IMG/VR virus record: IMGVR_UViG_3300047476_001256 | Coordinates: 1 to 58,432 of that record | Length of the DNA: 58,432 nucleotides | Strand: one strand, 5' to 3' | Source of the DNA: a virus | Taxonomy: Duplodnaviria > Caudoviricetes | Part shown: piece by piece, positions 40,228 to 45,871 of the stretch | Position numbering within the stretch: the first letter of the stretch is position 1 | Layout: each line of letters starts with the position of its first letter | Notes under the pieces: generated by a model | What the model was told of the DNA's origin: nothing | Seen by the model: the letters and a program-made list of their open reading frames with translations, nothing else | Database searches by the model: none | Made by a program: the position numbers and the translations under genes

Positions 40228-40683
40228 TTATAATTTTACTAAGTGGTCTGCTGCATATGTTGCAATAGGCCCCAAAGATTTATACCTAACTTCATATCCC
40301 ATTCCTTCTACCATACCAACTGCTTGTCTAAACACTTCGTTAGATTTATACTTTGGGTCTGGGTTAATGTCAATGTCAATCCATTTCACTTTAGGTATTC
40401 CTGCATTTTTCATTGACTCAGCAACTTCAACTGCATACCATACTTCGTTTAATAGTCTAACTGACCTTGTTGGTTCTCTTTGAGATTTCCACTTATTATA
40501 TAACACATGTGCACCTTTTCCTTTGTGGTATAATGCAACTACAATTGCATATATAGTCTTGTCCGAAAAGTTTTGAGAGTCACATCCAATTAAGATTTCT
40601 ACATCCTTATTTGACTCCATATACTCTTTTACATAATCAAGTAATTCTACTTTCTGACCACTATATAATTTTTTGTATGTCAT
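40228..40683 (-). CDS. RNase H-like YkuK/DUF458 family protein
   Basis: IGCDSQ...RL..EV...IDIN...S......ADH; start adjusted because the longer ORF overlaps tRNA-Leu. Confidence 0.8.
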   Translation of the reverse strand: MTYKKLYSGQKVELLDYVKEYMESNKDVEILIGCDSQNFSDKTIYAIVVALYHKGKGAHVLYNKWKSQREPTRSVRLLNEVWYAVEVAESMKNAGIPKVKWIDIDINPDPKYKSNEVFRQAVGMVEGMGYEVRYKSLGPIATYAADHLVKL

Positions 40684-40703
40684 AACATATGTTTTATTTT
40701 TTG

Positions 40704-40779
40704 TACCCGTAGAAAGACTCGAACTTTCAATTGTACGGCTTCTAAGACCGTTGCGTATGCCTAATTCCGCCATACGGGC
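40704..40779 (-). tRNA. tRNA-Leu(UAG), short variable loop
   Basis: cloverleaf. Confidence 0.9.
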
Positions 40780-40785
40780 ATTTTG

Positions 40786-40874
40786 CGGAAGATGTAAGAT
40801 TCGAACTTACGATACGAATTACTCCGTATAACGATTTAGCAAACCGGCCCTATCAACCACTCAGGCAATCTTCC
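40786..40874 (-). tRNA. tRNA-Ser(GCU)
   Basis: cloverleaf, long variable arm. Confidence 0.9.
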
Positions 40875-40879
40875 TTTTG

Positions 40880-40951
40880 GGTGTAAGAACGGTATCGAAC
40901 CGTCTTCCCTGGCTCCACAAACCAGTGCATCACCTTAATGCTTCAAACACC
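40880..40951 (-). tRNA. tRNA-His(GUG)
   Basis: cloverleaf with G-1:C73. Confidence 0.9.
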
Positions 40952-40957
40952 ATGTTG

Positions 40958-41025
40958 TTGCGGGGCTAGGAGTCGAACCTAGGACACTCGGCTTATGAGA
41001 CCGGTGGGAAACCATTCTCCCCGCA
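40958..41025 (-). tRNA. tRNA-Met(CAU), initiator-like, truncated D-arm
   Basis: TGCGGGG/CCCCGCA acceptor, CAT anticodon, 68 nt. Confidence 0.75.
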
Positions 41026-41033
41026 ATATGTTG

Positions 41034-41104
41034 AGGTCAGTATTGGATTTGAACCAATGTGAAAGCTTTTGCAGAGCTCCTCCTCGCCTCTCGGACAACC
41101 GACC
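41034..41104 (-). tRNA. tRNA-Cys(GCA)
   Basis: cloverleaf, U73. Confidence 0.92.
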
Positions 41105-41111
41105 TTATTTG

Positions 41112-41183
41112 TAGCCCCTAAAGGATTCGAACCCTTACTCTAACATCCGTAGTGTTGTGTGCTATCCGTTACACTAAAGAGCC
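41112..41183 (-). tRNA. tRNA-Arg(ACG)
   Basis: cloverleaf. Confidence 0.92.
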
Positions 41184-41191
41184 ATCATTTG

Positions 41192-41260
41192 CACGCAGTG
41201 AATGAATCGAACACTCTCCTCTGGTTTTGGAGACCAGTTGGCTACCATAGCCTACCACGC
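41192..41260 (-). tRNA. tRNA-Trp(CCA)
   Basis: cloverleaf. Confidence 0.88.
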
Positions 41261-41265
41261 ATTTG

Positions 41266-41338
41266 TAGGAATAACAAGACTCGAACTTGTGACTTCAATC
41301 GTATCAGAATTGCACTCTACCAACTGAGTTATATTCCT
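41266..41338 (-). tRNA. tRNA-Ile(GAU)
   Basis: cloverleaf. Confidence 0.92.
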
Positions 41339-41343
41339 ATGTG

Positions 41344-41415
41344 TTGTCCCTCAGGGATTCGAACCCCAACTATCTGGACCAAAACCAGATGTACTAGCCG
41401 TTATACTAAAGGACA
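41344..41415 (-). tRNA. tRNA-Gln(UUG)
   Basis: cloverleaf. Confidence 0.93.
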
Positions 41416-41420
41416 ATAAT

Positions 41421-41493
41421 CTCAAGCATTCTACTCCCCGCAGTACGGAATTGTATCTTACTTAGCCCATCGTTAGCGGTATGGGTACTTGAG
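41421..41493 (-). ncRNA. unknown tRNA-sized multibranch RNA
   Basis: closing CTCAAGTA/TGCTTGAG; CCCAT/ATGGG and TTCCGT/GCGGGG hairpins. Confidence 0.5.
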
Positions 41494-41496
41494 TTG

Positions 41497-41568
41497 AGCA
41501 GGTGAGAGGAATCGAACCTCCGTCTCAGGCTTGGAAGGCTAGAGTAATAACCATTATACGACACCTGC
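41497..41568 (-). tRNA. tRNA-Gly(UCC)
   Basis: cloverleaf, U73; two mismatches in anticodon stem. Confidence 0.9.
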
Positions 41569-41578
41569 TTATATTTTG

Positions 41579-41654
41579 TCGGAATAGCAGGATTCGAACC
41601 TGCGTGCTCCACATCCCAAATGTGGCGAGATAGACCGGACTCCTCTACATTCCG
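41579..41654 (-). tRNA. tRNA-Pro(UGG)
   Basis: cloverleaf. Confidence 0.93.
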
Positions 41655-41703
41655 TTATTGTACTTCCTATGTGCAGAGTTGTCTAGTACTAACCATTCTC
41701 CAG

Positions 41704-41777
41704 TGACCCCTAATGGACTCGAACCATTGACTCCTATATTAAAAGTATAGTGCTCTAACCAACTGAGCTAAGAGGTC
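41704..41777 (-). tRNA. tRNA-Lys(UUU)
   Basis: cloverleaf. Confidence 0.95.
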
Positions 41778-41816
41778 TGACTTTTGTCACTTTCCATTTT
41801 GTTTCTTTTTGGTTTG

Positions 41817-41889
41817 TGGTAATGAGTGGTATCGAACCACTTCCTAAAGATTTTCAGTCTTTCGCTTCTACCTAGTTAGCTTCATCACC
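41817..41889 (-). tRNA. tRNA-Phe(GAA)
   Basis: cloverleaf. Confidence 0.93.
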
Positions 41890-41895
41890 AAATTG

Positions 41896-41977
41896 TGAGA
41901 GTAAGTGGACTCGAACCACTGAACTCGAATGAGAGCGGATTTACAGTCCGCCGCAATTGCCGCTATGCGATACTCCC
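41896..41977 (-). tRNA. tRNA-Tyr(GUA)
   Basis: cloverleaf, long variable arm. Confidence 0.95.
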
Positions 41978-41985
41978 AATTGTTG

Positions 41986-42060
41986 TAGAAGATATAGGAT
42001 TCGAACCTATGACTTTCTCGGTGTAAACGAGATGCTCTAAACCAACTGAACTAATCTTCT
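41986..42060 (-). tRNA. tRNA-Val(UAC)
   Basis: cloverleaf. Confidence 0.95.
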
Positions 42061-42066
42061 ATGTTG

Positions 42067-42138
42067 CGCTTTCCGAGAATTACGATATCTCGACCCCATC
42101 ATTAACAGTGATGTGCTCTGCCTCTGAGCTAGGAAAGC
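42067..42138 (-). tRNA. tRNA-Asn(GUU), atypical T-loop
   Basis: cloverleaf, G73; T-loop ATCGTAA. Confidence 0.85.
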
Positions 42139-42147
42139 GTATATAAC

Positions 42148-42183
42148 AAAAAAACCCCTAACTTTTTTATCAGTTAGAGGTCT
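42148..42183 (-). terminator. intrinsic terminator (attenuator) immediately upstream of tRNA array
   Basis: CCTCTAACT-GATAAAAA-AGTTAGGGG-TTTTTTT, 9 nt before tRNA-Asn. Confidence 0.85.
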
Positions 42184-42213
42184 TTTAAATATTGTTTATA
42201 AAACTATTACATT

Positions 42214-42333
42214 TTATCCTACATCCGTATCCTCTAACTTATCAATTCTATCTTGTGAATTAAACATACTAATGCCCGCCCACACCTTAAGTGTCGGTTG
42301 ATAACAATTTGTATGTAAGTTAAAGTTTTTCAT
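42214..42333 (-). CDS. putative attenuator leader peptide (39 aa, all 20 amino acids)
   Basis: MKNFNLHTNCYQPTLKVWAGISMFNSQDRIDKLEDTDVG*; codons 32-35 contain AGTTAGAGG, complementary to the terminator 5' arm; TATTTATA motif 21 nt upstream. Confidence 0.75.
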   Translation of the reverse strand: MKNFNLHTNCYQPTLKVWAGISMFNSQDRIDKLEDTDVG

Positions 42334-42385
42334 CGTTAATATATATAATCTTTTTATAAATAATGTTAAAAAAGTAATTTAATTT

Positions 42386-42655
42386 CAAAATACGCCACGT
42401 CAAGTCATGCTCCGGTTATTATCAGCCTCATCAAATTACTTTTGATTAGTACAAACAGGTTTTAACGGGAGGCGATAAACCTTCATAGTGTACTGCTATC
42501 TAAATCGGTAACATATATCGTCTTTATTACATTTTTCACGAAAAATCCTCCCAAAAACGCTCATTACCAATTTTATTTTTTCGTTAATATCTTTTAGGTC
42601 TTTTAAACGATTTGACGGTTGAATAAGAAACCGCCGGAAATGTCGACCACGAAAA
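42386..42655 (-). ncRNA. unknown structured RNA(s)
   Basis: TTTTCGT/ACGAAAA with GGCGGTT/AACCGTC; GGGAGG/CCTCCC with AGTACA/TGTACT and AGGTTT/AAACCT potential pseudoknots. Confidence 0.5.
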
Positions 42656-42666
42656 TCTTCGTATTG

Positions 42667-42762
42667 AGCGGGGCCATAGAATCGAACTACATCCTCTCAC
42701 CTGGATCGGTAAGTGTGCTATCCCGTGGGTAAACCCGCGTGGAACCATTACACCAACTCCGC
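42667..42762 (-). ncRNA. tRNA-Gly-like RNA with D-loop hairpin insertion and 8-nt anticodon loop
   Basis: GCG/CGC acceptor, U73, TTCGATT T-loop, loop CGATCCAG. Confidence 0.65.
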
Positions 42763-42771
42763 TTATAAATG

Positions 42772-43620
42772 GATGAGAATACTCCATTGGGAGAACTAGC
42801 TTTAGAAAGATTATTTGTTTCCTTTCGTTTCCACTACCTTTTGAGTAGTACCAATTCAATGTGGATGATTTAAGACTATCAGTCTTTAAGTTGCCGATTA
42901 CTCTCTCATTACTCCGCTTCTTCAAATCTGCCGACCTGATTAAACCTTGCGAGTCTAGAAGTTTTTCGTAAGAATCACAGACCTCTTGCGGAGGTATCGT
43001 GGCAAGGAACAACTCCCTACTATGTACACACCTTTCATCTGCAACTGGTAAACACTTAAGCTTAATTTTTATTGAATTTTGATAAATGCAAATCAAATTG
43101 AGTTTTAGTTTATAGAATTATTCAGGTAGCGGTTTACCACTAGCTCCCTCATCTTTTGAACGAGAGAATACTAAACTACCCGATGCAGTATCCCTACTGC
43201 GGTTTTTTAAGTCATCTTCAGTTATAGGTTTTGGTAAACTCTATAAGAGGATGGTAACAACACCACTTGTACACTATCTTATCTCGCGTCCTTTCGGATG
43301 GCTTGATGTTAAGATAACTTTCAAACTGAATACCGCAATGATGTAGAGGGATTAAGTCTACACTTCTTACTGATATTCTATGGGTTATTCTTATTGTTGT
43401 TCCCAACTCAGTCGGAGTATCTATACTACCCCAACCATTCCCACTATTCACCTAAAGTGTTACCCTCAACTACTTTAGCGAGAATGATATCCCACTTGCC
43501 TACTCAAGTTATTCTCTCCTTACGGGGAGAGTAACCGCAGATACACCACTTAAGTATATCCACTTTATCCTACTTTCGTAGTTTATTTGACCACCATAGG
43601 CGGCGGTTGTTTACTTTGTG
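42772..43620 (-). ncRNA. GOLLD-like giant structured RNA (about 850 nt)
   Basis: GC-enriched, many GNRA-capped hairpins (GCAA, GAAA, GTAA), long-range CTATGG/CCATAG and GTGTAC/GTACAT pairings; size and tRNA-array context typical of GOLLD; ends approximate. Confidence 0.7.
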
Positions 43621-43652
43621 AGTAGAAACTCACTTTGTAAAGATTTCAATAT

Positions 43653-44108
43653 TTTAAAGAACTTTTCTTTCGGTTTTAATAAATATACGAATAATTTTTT
43701 TTATTGCCAAATATTTTTAAAACTTTTTTTGTAAATTTGATAACGAGTATCTTTCATCACCTATTGTTTCTCATTTACTTATGTAATATACGAAACATTT
43801 TTAACATTACCAAATTTATTTTCAAAAAACTTTTAAGATAATTGGTATCCGGCTTTCTTAAGAGCTTGAGCCCCGCACATAGTCGGTTTTATTACTATTG
43901 GCTTCAACCAATCATCTTAAATGTAAGATACGATAATTTTTTCAAACTACCAAATCTTTTTTATTTTAATAATAATTGAAATGTTATACATTTTACGGGC
44001 GTCTTATTTTTACTTAGTCTACTCTCCCACAATTATTATATTTTTAAAGAACTTATCATTGTTTCCTTTGATATATCAAATATACGACAAATTTTTCAAT
44101 CTACCAAA
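43653..44108 (-). promoter_or_regulatory. four tandem Bacteroidota-type promoters, two followed by boxA
   Basis: TTTGG...TCGTAT(A/C)TT at 43680-43711, 43783-43814, 43923-43954, 44077-44108; AGTTCTTTAAA at 43653-43663 and 44043-44053. Confidence 0.8.
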
Positions 44109-44141
44109 TATTTTTTTAAATCATTAGAAATCAATGAGTTA

Positions 44142-44515
44142 TGGTGGAGATGAGCGGAGTCGAACCGCTGTCTTACTAGAAATCAATAATATCAGCATCT
44201 CACATGTTTATTCAGTTATTCACAACTGACAAATATATAAGTTTTTACATTTCGTTATAATCAATGTTTTGACTCGATTTAGGGTTCAGTCAATTTTCCA
44301 CCTTTATAGCTACTTCTGTTACTAGGCGTATGTAGTCCGGCCCTATTGTTTGAATTAGGCTGCTACAGCGTAATCCATACCTACAAACGCCATTAAATCG
44401 TTGTAAGTCATAGTTGACATTTCGTCATTTATTGTTTTGCAAGTATTTTAAGACATTCTTACTTTGTCTACATGTGATATTACCATTTACATAGCAATCA
44501 ATTCCATACATCCCC
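44142..44515 (-). ncRNA. ssrA: tmRNA
   Basis: 5' GGGGATG, 3' GGTTCGACTCCGCTCATCTCCACCA with G3:U70; tag ORF ending YAVAA*. Confidence 0.95.
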
Positions 44516-44518
44516 ATA

Positions 44519-44629
44519 TTTCAATGAACTTATCAATTTTTGTTTGATATACTCAAATATACGACAAATATTTGATATTACCAAACTTTTTTTAAAGTTT
44601 TTTATAACTTATTGATTATCAACGAGTTA
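44519..44629 (-). promoter_or_regulatory. tmRNA promoter with boxA-like element and upstream palindrome
   Basis: TTTG N20 TATATTTG (44554-44585); AGTTCATTGAAA; TAACTTATTGATTATCAACGAGTTA at 44605-44629. Confidence 0.75.
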
Positions 44630-44671
44630 TGTATTATAAGTATTTATATAGATAAAAAATCGTAATATAAC

Positions 44672-45184
44672 CTATTTCCAATGGTTATTATCCCTTTCCC
44701 ACCAAAAAGTTATGTCTTGGGTTTGATTGTCATAATACTCACCTACGAAGTCCGACTTAAATGTAGAATGTGTATTTTCGTATAATGCAAGAGTAATCAA
44801 TTTTTTACCAGTTTCTAATCTTTTTTTAGTCCAATCTATGATATATGTGTAATTTCCACCTCTAATTACTGCAGCTTCTACAAATATCAAAGTTTTTCCT
44901 CTGAATAGACTTGAATGTAATCTGAACATTTCATACATTTCATCAACATATCTCCTATTCCAAACTTCATCAGGATATGGAACATCTATACCAAACCCAT
45001 CACAAACCTCACCATTGAAAGATAATTGATGTCTAAGTATTTGTCCTACCATTGCAGAATAATCGGTAGAAACAGTCACTATGCAAGAATTAGACGCATT
45101 AAAACCTACGTCTAACAATTGTTCTCCTAATTTTACTATTAGTTGTAATTCCTCTGTATGTGAAACAAATTTAATTGAACGCAT
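44672..45184 (-). CDS. phosphoribosyltransferase-fold protein (divergent)
   Basis: LIFVEAAVIRGGNY resembles PRPP-binding loop; C-terminal FWWE. Confidence 0.55.
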   Translation of the reverse strand: MRSIKFVSHTEELQLIVKLGEQLLDVGFNASNSCIVTVSTDYSAMVGQILRHQLSFNGEVCDGFGIDVPYPDEVWNRRYVDEMYEMFRLHSSLFRGKTLIFVEAAVIRGGNYTYIIDWTKKRLETGKKLITLALYENTHSTFKSDFVGEYYDNQTQDITFWWERDNNHWK

Positions 45185-45199
45185 ACTATTTGTTTTTTA

Positions 45200-45835
45200 T
45201 TATTTAAACTTCAATCCTGTCAATTTTTCTACATCTACCAAATCTACCTTATTGTTATTTATACCATCTGGATTAGATAAGTCATTTTCAAATAAGAAAG
45301 CCATCCATTCATTTGACTTCTTAGTATAAACAACTTTCCAACATTGTTTAGGAACTGCAACTTGTCCAACTCTTTTAATTTCACCAACATTACCTGCCCA
45401 AATATGAACACTATCTTCTTTAGATGCAATTTCTCTAGTCAAAGTTTCTAACGATTTCCAATCACCTGCATTCAATCTATGTGTTTGTGCAGCCATATTA
45501 CTAAAGTAGAAACATTCATCTTGTACTGCTTGAGTTTGACATTGATTGGATTTTGCTGGCATCAAATGTCCTCTATCATATCCACTATTTACATAATCTT
45601 TAGATAAGTCAGTTTCGGTAGGTAATAAGGGGTCTGGTTTAAAATTATCTTTTCTAGCTAATGGTTTTTCACAAGCAACTTTTGCTTTTGTTTCCCACCA
45701 CTCTACCATTACTGGATATTTTTTTGACTTACTGAAATGTGATGTGTAGTTTGTGTGTTTTAATACTACTACATCTTGTGCAAATAAAGTAACACTAATA
45801 ACCAATAGTGTAACTAATGATAATACTTTTTTCAT
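45200..45835 (-). CDS. secreted DNA/RNA non-specific endonuclease (NucA/EndA family)
   Basis: signal peptide; YDRGHL, SNM..Q...LN...W..LE, VP. Confidence 0.92.
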   Translation of the reverse strand: MKKVLSLVTLLVISVTLFAQDVVVLKHTNYTSHFSKSKKYPVMVEWWETKAKVACEKPLARKDNFKPDPLLPTETDLSKDYVNSGYDRGHLMPAKSNQCQTQAVQDECFYFSNMAAQTHRLNAGDWKSLETLTREIASKEDSVHIWAGNVGEIKRVGQVAVPKQCWKVVYTKKSNEWMAFLFENDLSNPDGINNNKVDLVDVEKLTGLKFK

Positions 45836-45871
45836 CCGATTTTTGTTTAGGATAAATATAATAAAATTAAA

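Noticed and set aside
41159-41612. ORFs 41159-41419 and 41406-41612, plus 38205-38396 and 38615-38815
   Set aside because: Overlap tRNA or tRNA-like genes.
42584-43451. ORFs 42584-43096 and 43218-43451
   Set aside because: Lie within the GOLLD-like and tRNA-like RNAs; atypical composition.
42772-43620. rRNA fragment or RNase P RNA
   Set aside because: No recognisable conserved rRNA or RNase P (GAGGAAAGTCC) motifs; wrong size.
43739-43761. Hammerhead ribozyme (TGATGA..GAAA)
   Set aside because: Core CTGANGA is absent and the segment folds as a simple hairpin.
43660-44110. Repeat-spacer pattern resembling a CRISPR array
   Set aside because: Repeats are degenerate -33/-7 promoter boxes with variable 100-155 bp periods; no cas genes.
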